DNA from: a virus
Lineage: Duplodnaviria; Caudoviricetes
Length of the DNA: 64,000 bases
Virus record (IMG/VR): IMGVR_UViG_3300020576_006930
Coordinates: 75,133 to 139,132 of that record
Reading direction: 5' to 3' (one strand)
Each line of letters opens with the position of its first letter. Within the stretch, counting starts at the first letter, position 1. Shown in pieces: positions 35,271 through 45,787 of this stretch. The notes beneath the pieces were generated by a model, which worked only from the letters and a program-made list of their open reading frames with translations, searched no databases and was not told the origin of the DNA. The position numbers and the translations under genes were made by a program.

Positions 35271-38024
35271 ATGAATTTATATAACAAAATAAATAATGAA
35301 AATTATGGTTTCTCTGTGGCGACCAGAGATAAATGGCTGGTTGTCGGTAATCCTTCATTTTATAGTTGGCCGCCTGCTGAACTGGGAGTGGCTACCAGTG
35401 GTTCCGTAGATGTTTTCCTGTATAGCAAACGGTATGATCAACACCTCTTACAGAATACTCTGTTTCGACATCTTTTGGCGGACGAAGAAATTTTGTTGGC
35501 CGCGGAGACAGGTTCGGGTGGTCAACCACCAACAGGATCCATAATTTCAGGAAGTTTACACACCGAAGCGACGGGATCTTTTTCGGATACGGCAGACTCC
35601 GATATAATCCTAGACTATGGGACATATCTCAGTGGTTCGGTGAATGATTACGGTCGGGCCGTGGACATCCATAACCGATTATTGGGAATCGGTTATACCT
35701 ACAACCGATTATTATTTCAATTTGATTCCGGAACGCTCGATATTAGTTCCTCCGGCGGCGTGGACATGTATGATTTAGGCGTTTATGACCCCGACACCGT
35801 TTCATTCCGGGAGGTTATCACTTCCGATTCCTACTCAGGTTCGGATGGTTATTACTATTTTATGGCCTCCGTGCCGCCCGGTTATTCCGCGGTTGCTTTA
35901 CAACGGACAACCGATTTGGTTAATTGGAATACCATCCAAACTCTCTCCACTGACTATGAGGCCGGAGGCCAATACGCATTTCGTTTCCCGCAATCAGAAT
36001 ATGTTGGAAATTATCGGTTGACGGAATCCGTTGATTATGATCCTTACATTTTAACCTTGACTAATCCGGTCCCGACCGTGACTGGATCTTTCGGTTGGGC
36101 AGTCTCTATCAATGACGATTGGGTCGCAGTCGGTTCTCCATTTTATAGTTCATCCCGTGGAGCGGTTCATATGTTTCGCAAATTTGGCGGCACGGCGCTC
36201 GCAAATTTAAGCTGGTCGCTTCATTCCACGATCACCGCAAGTGATGCTCAACCTGGAGATTTATTCGGATATTCCTTGGAACTAAATAGTGCGCCGGGAG
36301 TCATAAACTACACAACACGCTCCGTTGCGTATTCTCAGAGTATGGTTATTGGCACTCATCGCCCAAGTGGTTCAAAGGTTTATTACTATGAGATTAGCGG
36401 CAGTGGTGGTCTTTCAGGAAGTATTAGCAGCGCCAGTTGGCAAGAAACTTTTTACTTCACTCCGACCTATACTAATTTACCACTGACATATTATCCCGAT
36501 GCGTATCCGATCTTATCCTCTTCCTGGGCCGGGCCCAGCCCAGTTGCGGATATGTTTGGTTATGACGTTTCCATCTATGGCGACACCGTTGCCATCGGCG
36601 CTCCATTTGATCGGTATTATTTTGAATACACCCAGTCCGCAGTTTATCAACAAGGCGCTTTCTATGTTTTTGAAAGATGTCCAGTTGCGGACTATGGATT
36701 TTCGTTGAATATGAAATCCCACGGTACGGAGGATTCTCTTAAAAATCACCGTTTAGGTTATTCACTCGACACCTATGCGGGAAAATTGGTGGTTGGTTGT
36801 CCTAAGTTAACGACTATCCAAATGGGCTCATCATCTCTATCGCCGTGTTATATCCAAGGTTCTTTATACCAAGCACATTTCTGTCGGACCGAAGAGGAAT
36901 ATCAGATCCAAGGTCAGTATTGTTATTTACAATACAACACCGGATCAAATCTGTGGGAGTACAACAATACTTATCAAATTAAAAAACGCTATCTTGCGCC
37001 CTATCGCAATTTCGGTTGGGGGATTGATATGTCGGATCGCTTTATCGTGGTTGGGTCACCAATGAATATCAGTGGTTCCAAACGCACAATAGACATCTAT
37101 TACACCGGTAGCAACCTAAATGACTTCGATCCCATATCGGGACAAGCTTACATTTACAACCTTGCCAATTATAAATCCGAATTTCAAGTTGGGAATGTGT
37201 TTTATCGCAATGGCAAAATTGTGATTATAACCTCCGGCTCACAATTTGATGGTTTGTTTTTCAATCCCATATCCGATGCTGACTATCAATACGATCTGAT
37301 GTTTCATAACAAGCAGACGTTACACGAAAAACAAATTATTTGCTCTGTGGAACCAGGGGAATTTAATGTCAGTACCAATCCAAGCTCCACCTCCATAACT
37401 AGGTCTCTGTTTGATATCAATCAGAACGGGGTTTTTGATTTTCAAGATGTTGATGTGTTGTTGATGTATATGAACTACAAACGTACGGAGGGGGATAGTG
37501 ATCAGAACTCAAACTGGTCTGCTTCCGTTTTGATCGCCGATGACGAAATCTGTTGGCACGATTATTTGAAAAACTCCGGAAATTTTTATGGGACAAACGA
37601 ATTGTATAGTTCCAGTTTTGCGTGGTTAAATACAACTGCGATGTATTCGGCACTGGATTTTAATCAAGATAATATCATCGATGTCAATGACCAAAATATT
37701 CTGTGGAAGTATTTTTCCAATCGTTTAAATCAAACTAATTTTGATAAATATCTGACAACAAATTCCTCCCAACGGCTTTATAGTTCGACCGTCGATCAGT
37801 TAAATGCCAAAACCAATCGCAATCACTTACCCACCATCCGTTCCGAATTTTTTGATTATGATCGGTTAAGCAAAAATGATCAGACGGGATCTTATTTGAC
37901 TCCCTATGTGACTTCCATCGGCCTTTATCAGGATGGTGAACTGGCTGCAATTGCTAAATTAGGTAGTCCCATTAAACTATTGCCTGATTATCCCTATAAC
38001 TTTGTAGTGAAAATGGATTTTTAA
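35271..38024 (+). CDS. Structural protein with FG-GAP-like propeller, two EF-hand/dockerin-like loops and collar-type C-terminus
   Basis: FGWAVSI..VAVGSP and FGYDVSI..VAIGAP repeats; DINQNGVFDFQD and DFNQDNIIDVND; YVTSIGLYQDGELAAIAKL. Confidence 0.7.
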   Translation: MNLYNKINNENYGFSVATRDKWLVVGNPSFYSWPPAELGVATSGSVDVFLYSKRYDQHLLQNTLFRHLLADEEILLAAETGSGGQPPTGSIISGSLHTEATGSFSDTADSDIILDYGTYLSGSVNDYGRAVDIHNRLLGIGYTYNRLLFQFDSGTLDISSSGGVDMYDLGVYDPDTVSFREVITSDSYSGSDGYYYFMASVPPGYSAVALQRTTDLVNWNTIQTLSTDYEAGGQYAFRFPQSEYVGNYRLTESVDYDPYILTLTNPVPTVTGSFGWAVSINDDWVAVGSPFYSSSRGAVHMFRKFGGTALANLSWSLHSTITASDAQPGDLFGYSLELNSAPGVINYTTRSVAYSQSMVIGTHRPSGSKVYYYEISGSGGLSGSISSASWQETFYFTPTYTNLPLTYYPDAYPILSSSWAGPSPVADMFGYDVSIYGDTVAIGAPFDRYYFEYTQSAVYQQGAFYVFERCPVADYGFSLNMKSHGTEDSLKNHRLGYSLDTYAGKLVVGCPKLTTIQMGSSSLSPCYIQGSLYQAHFCRTEEEYQIQGQYCYLQYNTGSNLWEYNNTYQIKKRYLAPYRNFGWGIDMSDRFIVVGSPMNISGSKRTIDIYYTGSNLNDFDPISGQAYIYNLANYKSEFQVGNVFYRNGKIVIITSGSQFDGLFFNPISDADYQYDLMFHNKQTLHEKQIICSVEPGEFNVSTNPSSTSITRSLFDINQNGVFDFQDVDVLLMYMNYKRTEGDSDQNSNWSASVLIADDEICWHDYLKNSGNFYGTNELYSSSFAWLNTTAMYSALDFNQDNIIDVNDQNILWKYFSNRLNQTNFDKYLTTNSSQRLYSSTVDQLNAKTNRNHLPTIRSEFFDYDRLSKNDQTGSYLTPYVTSIGLYQDGELAAIAKLGSPIKLLPDYPYNFVVKMDF

Positions 38025-38104
38025 GAAATTGTAGAAAAAATGTTTAAACGAAAAAGGTATGAATTGCCCTGAGAGTTATATTTATATAGTAAGGATAATG
38101 ATAT

Positions 38105-38353
38105 ATGACACCAACCGCACGACCATCAACTGAAAATAATCTAGCTCAACGTTATAACTCCCAGAAAGCTGGCGGAGCCTACGACGCTAAAACTATTGGT
38201 AAGTGGGGGCTGCATGCGCCAGTGGAAAATTCTCTCCAGTCACGCTTTTGGACTCCTCTTGGATTCCGGGTCAAAATGAATTCTAGCGAATTTAATAATC
38301 CCGGAGGATCTATGTATTTACAAGGTCACACGACCAAAAAATACAAGCCGTAA
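38105..38353 (+). CDS. Small basic hypothetical protein
   Basis: Own TATTTATA (38079) and AAGGA upstream. Confidence 0.6.
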   Translation: MTPTARPSTENNLAQRYNSQKAGGAYDAKTIGKWGLHAPVENSLQSRFWTPLGFRVKMNSSEFNNPGGSMYLQGHTTKKYKP

Positions 38354-38369
38354 ATCCATTCAAAAAGTT

Positions 38370-38795
38370 ATGTCATTTGGGCACTGGAAACTTCCAGAAA
38401 ATTTAAAAGCTATTCCCACGGAGGCTATTGGTTTCGTTTATGTTATTACCAATACTCTCACCAATCGCAGATACGTCGGGAAAAAATTGTTGGTTAACAA
38501 AAAGAAACGAAAACCGCTAAAAGGGCGGGTTAATTCCCGACGGTATACCATCGAATCTGACTGGAAGTCTTACACTGGATCCTCCCCCATTCTCAACGAA
38601 GATGTTATAAAATATGGTAAAGACAAGTTCGTTTTTGAAATTTTATCTTTTCACCCCTCCAAACTTTTGTTAGCTTATTGGGAAACCAAGACCCTAGTTG
38701 ATCGCAATGCGATTTTTAGTGACGAATACTATAATGAGGTACTTAATTTAAGAATTCGCAATCGGAAAGCGGTCAATAACGTTATTTTAAGTTGA
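38370..38795 (+). CDS. GIY-YIG (Seg-like) endonuclease
   Basis: GFVYVITNTLTNRRYVGKK..WKSYTGSS..FEIL..E..YYN. Confidence 0.8.
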   Translation: MSFGHWKLPENLKAIPTEAIGFVYVITNTLTNRRYVGKKLLVNKKKRKPLKGRVNSRRYTIESDWKSYTGSSPILNEDVIKYGKDKFVFEILSFHPSKLLLAYWETKTLVDRNAIFSDEYYNEVLNLRIRNRKAVNNVILS

Positions 38796-38821
38796 TGTTA
38801 GTCGGAGGTAGACCGTACAAT
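38792..38821 (+). promoter_or_regulatory. Sigma70-like promoter for primase and SbcCD genes
   Basis: TTGATG, 18 nt, TACAAT, then 7 nt to ATG 38829. Confidence 0.45.
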
Positions 38822-38828
38822 CCCCTTC

Positions 38829-39773
38829 ATGTCAATAGACCAGACAAAGCTTCTTTCATTGTTAAATGAAGTGTTCAATCAACAAGCCAAAATCCGAAAA
38901 GGGGTAGAGGCGGTGTATTTTTGTCCGTTTTGTCATCATTATAAGCCCAAGTTAGAGGTAAATCTTAATGTTCAGAAATGGCATTGTTGGACATGTAATA
39001 CCTCCGGAATGTCTTTCCGCAGCCTTTTTAAAAAATTAAATGTAGCTAGGTCATATTTTACGCGGCTCTACGACATAACCAAGGACAAAAGGTTAAATAT
39101 AGAGGCCCCAGATGACATTAAAAAGGAACATAAACAGCTCCCAGACACCTTCATTCCCTTGGCCGATGGGTTTTGGGGTGGAACATATGCTTCCCCCCAC
39201 CGAAAATCGGCTATGTCCTATCTACGGAAAAGAAATGTCACGGATGAAGACATTCTGAGATATAATATTGGATATGCGGAAGCTGGGGAGTATCAGAATA
39301 GGATCATTATCCCATCTTATGATAAAGACGGGAATTTGAACTTTTTCTCATCCAGAGCTTTTTATGAAGCTATGACTATGTCACATAAACTTCCTGACTG
39401 GAGCAAGGATGTAATCGGATTTGAATTGTTTATCAATTGGGCTGAGGATATTACTTTAGTGGAGGGTAGTTTTGACGCTTTAGCTATTCGGAAAAACGCT
39501 ATCCCCCTGTTTGGGAAAACTATGAGTTTTTCGCTGAAGGAAGCGATTATTCGGGAAGGGGTTGGCCGGGTCAATATTATATTGGATAACGACGCTCGGG
39601 GTGCGGCCATCAAAATCCAAGAATTTTTGACCGCTCAAGAGATCGACTCACATTTGATTAAACTTGAAGAAAAAGACCCATCCATACTGGGGTTCGGTAG
39701 GATAAGCGAAATTATACAAGATTCCAAACCATCCGATTTTCACAACATCATTTCTATGAAACTATTCGAATAA
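38829..39773 (+). CDS. DNA primase (zinc-binding domain plus TOPRIM)
   Basis: CPFCHH..WHCWTC; RIIIPSYD; LVEGSFDA; LDNDA; DP. Confidence 0.9.
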   Translation: MSIDQTKLLSLLNEVFNQQAKIRKGVEAVYFCPFCHHYKPKLEVNLNVQKWHCWTCNTSGMSFRSLFKKLNVARSYFTRLYDITKDKRLNIEAPDDIKKEHKQLPDTFIPLADGFWGGTYASPHRKSAMSYLRKRNVTDEDILRYNIGYAEAGEYQNRIIIPSYDKDGNLNFFSSRAFYEAMTMSHKLPDWSKDVIGFELFINWAEDITLVEGSFDALAIRKNAIPLFGKTMSFSLKEAIIREGVGRVNIILDNDARGAAIKIQEFLTAQEIDSHLIKLEEKDPSILGFGRISEIIQDSKPSDFHNIISMKLFE

Positions 39774-39774
39774 T

Positions 39775-42700
39775 ATGCCCATTACCAAATTAAAAACCGA
39801 TATTGCTAAAGTTTCGCACATCGTCCATGTGGCCGACATCCACATTCGACTTAATAAAAGAAATGAAGAATATCGTGGAGTGTTTGATAAATTATATGAA
39901 GAAATAGCTAAAACACCGGCTAGCACCGTTATTGCGGTCTTGGGCGATGTCTTTCACAATAAATCGGAAATGGCGCCGGAGGGAATTCAGTTAGCCAAGG
40001 ATTTTTTGTATACTCTCGCGGAAATGCGTCCGGTGATTTTAATTGCGGGAAACCACGATGCGACATTGACTAACCGCAATCGGCTTGATTGTTTAAGTCC
40101 TCTGGTCGACGCGCTTAATCACAAAAACATCCACTACCTCCGTGATTCGGGATTGTACAGTTTTGGGAATGTGTTGTTTAATAATATGGGCGTGTTCGAT
40201 CCGGTCGAAAAATATCTTCGGTTCAAGGATATTCCAACCGTTCACAAAAATTCCCACGAACATTTTATTGCGTTGTTCCACGGTCCGGTAAACAATGCGC
40301 TGACTGATCTTGGGTATACCATCTCCAGTAAATCCTACCCCACCGCTTTATTTGATGGACATGAAATCGCCTTGCTAGGCGATATTCATATGAAGCAGGA
40401 TTTACAATTATATGACCCGGATGAAGGTCAACCTTTTATTCATTACGCGGGATCGTTGATTCAACAAAATCACGGCGAAGATTTAAAAGGACATGGGTTC
40501 AGTTTGTGGGATCTGGGTAAAGTTTCATATACCCACGTTGAAATTCCAAACGAATACGGACATTTCACCATTGACGTAGAAAAAGGAAAACTAAATACCG
40601 ATTTAGCGAATATACCAAAAAAAGCGCGGTTGAGAATTCGTTGCTTTGAGTCGGTCGCCACCGAAGTAAAAGCGGTTCTGTCCAGTGTGCGTAAGGTCGC
40701 GGATATAACAGATGTCATTTACGTGCGGGTAACATCCCCTACCGATCAAAAAACCATCAAAGCTGGAGCCATTTTATCGGGTGATTTATCCGACACAGAA
40801 TATCAAAATTCATTGATCACCGACCATCTTAAAAAACAAATGAAAGTGGTGGACAAACCGACCATTGAAAGTGTGCTCAAGGTGAACAAGGTTATAAATA
40901 ACCAAGTTAAAAAGGATGGGTTTAGCCGAAACATTCGTTGGAAACCAAAGCTATTTGAATTTGACAATATGTTTTCTTACGGAGAGGGGAATGTCATAGA
41001 CTTTTCCAAGCTCAGCGAAGTTGTCGGTTTATTTGCTGCGAATGCGTCAGGAAAATCAAGCGTCTTATCTGCTCTAATTTTTTGTATCTTTGACAAGTGT
41101 GATAAAGCATACAAAGCTAGTTTCATTTTGAACAATCAAAAAATGAGCTTCCGGTGTAAGTTCAATTTTGAAATCGACGGGATCAATTATTTCATTGAAC
41201 GTGGAGGGAAAGCGGACAAGAAGGGAAATGTCCCCGTAACGGTAAAGTTTTGGAAAGAAGAAAACGGAGAAGAAATTGAACTTCACGGGGAAGGCCGGCG
41301 GGATACCAACGAAGTTATCCGTGATTACCTTGGAAGTTATGACGATTTTCTTCTAACGACTCTATCGGTTCAAAACGCAAAAAATTCAAATTCGTTTATT
41401 GATATGGGTCACTCCGAACGTAAGGATTTGTTGAGCCAATTTATCGGCCTAACAATTTTTGATCGGTTATATAGTGTCTCCAATGAAAAACTTAAAGAAC
41501 TGACGGTTTTGTTAAAGGAATACAAAAATGACGACTTTACTAAAAAGTTAGTAGAATTAAATAATGCGTTGGGGAATTCTCAAAGTTTATATAACACTTC
41601 CCATATCGAATTGAATCGGTTAGCTTCCGAACGTGAAGAGGTAAATTTAAAAATTGTTGATGTTTCTAAAGGATTTGTCAATACGGACAATAAAGTCGTA
41701 GATCTGGCCGCAGCGGAAAAATCAAAGTCAGATTTAATTCAGAGAATAGAAAAGGAACAACGTTCTCTCCTCGGTTATACCCAAGCCTCAGTCACGTTAC
41801 AAAAATCAATCGATGGCTTTCAGAAAGTCATCACCGAACTGGCTCATAAAAATGTTGAGACGATTTACATCCAATTCTCCGAAGCTGAAATTCTTTGGCG
41901 GGATTTGAAAAATTCCGTGGATAAAAAGAAGATTGAAGTGCGTTCCAAATTAGATAAATTGGACAAGTTAAATAAACACGAATATGATCCAAATTGTAAA
42001 TATTGTGTTAATAACGAATTCGTCAAAGACGCATTGCGCACAAAAGAGGAATTGCCTCAGGAAAAACTGGCCGCTGCCAAGTTAATTGAACGGCTTCAAC
42101 AGATCAGTAAGAAAAAGGATGATTTGGCCTGGGTGGTGGCTGATCATAAATTACTCCTCACAACTCGCGAAAATTTAGTTCAGAGTAAGGATGATTTTAA
42201 TGATGAATTGGCAAAAATAACCAAATCTGAAACCTTGATCGTGCGCTTGGCGGCAGAACGGGATGCGATCACCAGAGACATTGAGTTTTATCACAATCAC
42301 CAAAAAGACATCGAATCCAATAAACAAATTCAAAAAGAAGTGGAAGTCCTAAATCAGAAATTGAGAAATGTCGCTCACACCCACAAGACCGTGAACCAAA
42401 CAATCTTGGATTTGAATGGCAAACTTACGGTGTTAAAAACTCAGATCGAAGAGATAAAAAAGAAAGTGGAAAAGGCTAAATCCATCGAAGATGAATATGA
42501 ATCTTATAGCCTGTATGTCCAATGTGTCGGTCGGGACGGAATTCCCTATGAAGTTATCTCCGCAACAGTTCCGGAAATTGAACGGGAAGTGAATAATATT
42601 CTCAGCCAAATCGTTGAATTTTCCGTGGAATTGGAATCGGATGGTAAAAACATCACTCCGTTCATTGTCTATGAGAAAAATCGCTGGGCCTTGGAACTAT

Positions 42701-42975
42701 CCAGTGGCCTTGAGAGATTCATTTCGTCCTTGGCCATTCGGGTAGCGTTGATTAACATTTCCAATCTACCACGGATGAATGCGATTGTAATCGACGAAGG
42801 GTTTGGGTGCGCAGATGCGGACAACCTCGCAGCGATGAACACCCTATTTGATTACCTGAAAACTCAATTTGACTTCGTTTTAATCATCTCCCACCTTGAT
42901 GCGCTTAAGGATATGGTGGATAAACACATCGAAATCAAGAAAGAAAACGGGTTTTCCAAAGTTAACTTCGTATAA
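39775..42975 (+). CDS. Fused Mre11/SbcD nuclease and Rad50/SbcC ATPase (gp47-gp46-like)
   Basis: ADIH, GDVFH, GNHD, LGDIH phosphoesterase motifs; Walker A NASGKSS; CKYC zinc hook; LSSGLE signature; IDEGFG; IISH. Confidence 0.92.
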   Translation: MPITKLKTDIAKVSHIVHVADIHIRLNKRNEEYRGVFDKLYEEIAKTPASTVIAVLGDVFHNKSEMAPEGIQLAKDFLYTLAEMRPVILIAGNHDATLTNRNRLDCLSPLVDALNHKNIHYLRDSGLYSFGNVLFNNMGVFDPVEKYLRFKDIPTVHKNSHEHFIALFHGPVNNALTDLGYTISSKSYPTALFDGHEIALLGDIHMKQDLQLYDPDEGQPFIHYAGSLIQQNHGEDLKGHGFSLWDLGKVSYTHVEIPNEYGHFTIDVEKGKLNTDLANIPKKARLRIRCFESVATEVKAVLSSVRKVADITDVIYVRVTSPTDQKTIKAGAILSGDLSDTEYQNSLITDHLKKQMKVVDKPTIESVLKVNKVINNQVKKDGFSRNIRWKPKLFEFDNMFSYGEGNVIDFSKLSEVVGLFAANASGKSSVLSALIFCIFDKCDKAYKASFILNNQKMSFRCKFNFEIDGINYFIERGGKADKKGNVPVTVKFWKEENGEEIELHGEGRRDTNEVIRDYLGSYDDFLLTTLSVQNAKNSNSFIDMGHSERKDLLSQFIGLTIFDRLYSVSNEKLKELTVLLKEYKNDDFTKKLVELNNALGNSQSLYNTSHIELNRLASEREEVNLKIVDVSKGFVNTDNKVVDLAAAEKSKSDLIQRIEKEQRSLLGYTQASVTLQKSIDGFQKVITELAHKNVETIYIQFSEAEILWRDLKNSVDKKKIEVRSKLDKLDKLNKHEYDPNCKYCVNNEFVKDALRTKEELPQEKLAAAKLIERLQQISKKKDDLAWVVADHKLLLTTRENLVQSKDDFNDELAKITKSETLIVRLAAERDAITRDIEFYHNHQKDIESNKQIQKEVEVLNQKLRNVAHTHKTVNQTILDLNGKLTVLKTQIEEIKKKVEKAKSIEDEYESYSLYVQCVGRDGIPYEVISATVPEIEREVNNILSQIVEFSVELESDGKNITPFIVYEKNRWALELSSGLERFISSLAIRVALINISNLPRMNAIVIDEGFGCADADNLAAMNTLFDYLKTQFDFVLIISHLDALKDMVDKHIEIKKENGFSKVNFV

Positions 42976-43007
42976 AATAACCAAAATTTCATATACTTAT
43001 ATGGTGT

Positions 43008-45773
43008 ATGAATTTACTGCCATCGTTTGGTAAGCGTGGACCGGTTTTAAACCTGCTTACCAAAAAAGTTGATATCGAAGATACCGCTGATTCTTCGAAA
43101 TACTTTGTTATAACTGAAATCGACACCGTTTTTACAGCTGGAAGAAATCCTGTTGCTTTTAACGGGTCATCTTTACTTAAAGATAAATCTGAAGTTCAGA
43201 TTGAGTGTATTGATTCGAATGGCAATTCCCTTTACTTCGAGCAGGCTAAATCAAAAATTGCTCAATTTACCGACGTGTCAAATTTCGTCGTGTCATTTCA
43301 CGTTTATGGCGATTCATATAATGGCCCGGCCAAACTGGTTTTCGTAGGCATAACAATCGATAATCGGTTGGTGCGGTGGGTACGAAATATAACCATTGAC
43401 AAAACTCTTACCAACTCTAAAAAAGTAAGATTTTACAATGAACCAACATTAGAGATTAGACCATTGTTATATCCCGTCGTCGATCTGGGCCTGGCCTCCG
43501 AAGTTGATGTGGCGACCGTATATCGTCAAGCAACCGCAACCGCAACCGTTATCGGTTTTGTCAGTTCGATAACATTTATTTCTCCGGGATTTAAGGGGTC
43601 AGGATATACATCAGCGCCAGGAATAGTCATCGGCGCACCCACAGGACCCAATCCCCGCCAGGCCACCGCGACATGTACTTTATCCGGCGATTATGTCGCC
43701 TCCGTCACCATCACCGACGCGGGGCGGGGCTATATTACTTCTCCCGCCATTACATTCGTCGGTGGGGGATTTGTTGTTCAGGCCACCGCACAGGTTAATA
43801 TTACCAATCAAATTAACACCATCGCCGTAACCTCAGGCGGACTTGGCTACACCACTATTCCCGGAATAACTTTCACCGGCGGTTCAGGCGCAGGCGCGGT
43901 AGCCCACGCTACTATTTCTGGTGGCAAGGTAACGGCAATAACTATTGATGACAATGGCGATGGGTATGTGTCAGCTCCGGATATTGTCATTGACGATCCG
44001 ACGCCAACGACCGCGGCGGATTTGAATGTCGCATTAACTTTTCAATCACAATTCTATTCTTATCCGGTTAATCCATTAGCCGACACGAACCAAGCATTGG
44101 TTAATAAAAAACGAACGGAGATTGATTATCGAATTGTTAATTCCGGGATATCTGATGCGGATTTATCTCCGGGATTAATTCAGACCGGATCCTTTAATGC
44201 GCAGATGGAAGGGCGTGACATAACCCTTACCATCGCGAAAATAAAATTGCCTCTGTCGCATAAAGAAGTGAACGTCAATTTGACCGAAACTTTCAAGGTT
44301 AAAAAGGTTGTCGATACAAAAACTTTAGTATTGAATGATCCGTTTTATTACCGTGTTGGTAATAGCAAATTCGTAGCGACGATTATCTCCGGATCGTGTT
44401 CTATTCCATACAACTATATAAAATACAATACTAATCCTGATTCTAGTCTGACAACCTTCCCGTCTGGCGCCCATGCGCCCGTTAATGTCAAGGAGTCTTA
44501 CGTAGAAGCCACCTATCGAAACATAAAACCATTTTCCGGTTTTATCGCGCGGCATAAGTTATATCGGCGCAGTTTGTTTTATCCTGGAGAGTTTCAACAA
44601 ATTTCCGACGAACCATTGAATGCGGTGGAATTGTTGACGGACACCGTAACGTTTAATCGTGCGTACTATCGATTGGGAACGTTTTATCACCAATTTCATA
44701 TCAACAAATATTGGTTTTCGAGTTCCGCTGACATAACCCTTCAGGCTAAATCATCTCCACTCAATTCAATGTACATTGATTGTGGCGCACCCAAAAACGC
44801 GGATGGTTCCAAATATGTTTTGGTAAAAACCGACACCATTGGTAGTGTAAACGATAATAATTATTACCCTTATAATTCGACGGAATATAACTCTCTCTCA
44901 GGTTCATCATACAATTCCAATTTCATAAATCTCAAAAAGGATTCTCTCCACGCTCTTCAATCAGGAATTATTATTGAAAAAGATATCCGGGCAACCGATG
45001 CGAAGGTTAGTTTTTATTTCACAAGCTCAGTGGCTTCCATTGCCCAAGAACCAACCTATGATCCTGTATATGGATTGAAAATTGGAGAAATAAGCACTCA
45101 GGAACTGACTTCAAAGAAATTTTTCAATCAACCTCAGACATTGTATTTTACTCCGCAAGACGATTATTTCGGAACTCTAAAAATTGTTCCCTATAAATGT
45201 AATGTTACTTTATCCGATCTCTCTTTAAAAGCTTACGGCGACACTGGATTTTCTCCGGAAGTTCTTGTTATTCGGGTTCCTTGCCCCCTAAATGTGGCAA
45301 ACGAAGCTTTTGAATTCCGGGCTGAGTTATATGATATCAATCACATTCTCATCCCAACCGAATTAAAAGCGACGGAGGGGGTAGATCCGGATGGGATCAG
45401 TTTATTGGGTAGTGACCACTTAGGTCAGGTTTTGGTCGTCAATAATAATAACACAACCATAACTTCAACTGCGGAAAGTTTCACCATTAATAACAATTTA
45501 TATCTTCCCCATCTTGTTACAAATTGTTCCCCTACTGATTATAATCGGTTAGTCACCTGGAACGGTTTAACGGGCGCTTTAGAAAGAACCCCCATCATCA
45601 ACGTCAGTCACGATAGCGAATACATTACTTTACGTACAGGATCGTGTAAATCGTTCCTCGTGACGCCAGTGGAGGGGAAATCGGTTAATGTAGCGTTTGA
45701 TGGTTCCACGGGGGGCCGGCAAATCTATTGGTCAGCGGGCGTGATAAAAACTGTAGTGTCATCGTCAATTTGA
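43008..45773 (+). CDS. Virion structural protein with GxGY repeat insertion
   Basis: GSGYTSAP, GRGYITSP, GLGYTTIP, GDGYVSAP repeats of the kind seen in tail/baseplate proteins; TACTTATA upstream. Confidence 0.6.
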   Translation: MNLLPSFGKRGPVLNLLTKKVDIEDTADSSKYFVITEIDTVFTAGRNPVAFNGSSLLKDKSEVQIECIDSNGNSLYFEQAKSKIAQFTDVSNFVVSFHVYGDSYNGPAKLVFVGITIDNRLVRWVRNITIDKTLTNSKKVRFYNEPTLEIRPLLYPVVDLGLASEVDVATVYRQATATATVIGFVSSITFISPGFKGSGYTSAPGIVIGAPTGPNPRQATATCTLSGDYVASVTITDAGRGYITSPAITFVGGGFVVQATAQVNITNQINTIAVTSGGLGYTTIPGITFTGGSGAGAVAHATISGGKVTAITIDDNGDGYVSAPDIVIDDPTPTTAADLNVALTFQSQFYSYPVNPLADTNQALVNKKRTEIDYRIVNSGISDADLSPGLIQTGSFNAQMEGRDITLTIAKIKLPLSHKEVNVNLTETFKVKKVVDTKTLVLNDPFYYRVGNSKFVATIISGSCSIPYNYIKYNTNPDSSLTTFPSGAHAPVNVKESYVEATYRNIKPFSGFIARHKLYRRSLFYPGEFQQISDEPLNAVELLTDTVTFNRAYYRLGTFYHQFHINKYWFSSSADITLQAKSSPLNSMYIDCGAPKNADGSKYVLVKTDTIGSVNDNNYYPYNSTEYNSLSGSSYNSNFINLKKDSLHALQSGIIIEKDIRATDAKVSFYFTSSVASIAQEPTYDPVYGLKIGEISTQELTSKKFFNQPQTLYFTPQDDYFGTLKIVPYKCNVTLSDLSLKAYGDTGFSPEVLVIRVPCPLNVANEAFEFRAELYDINHILIPTELKATEGVDPDGISLLGSDHLGQVLVVNNNNTTITSTAESFTINNNLYLPHLVTNCSPTDYNRLVTWNGLTGALERTPIINVSHDSEYITLRTGSCKSFLVTPVEGKSVNVAFDGSTGGRQIYWSAGVIKTVVSSSI

Positions 45774-45787
45774 CCGTATTTATGTGT

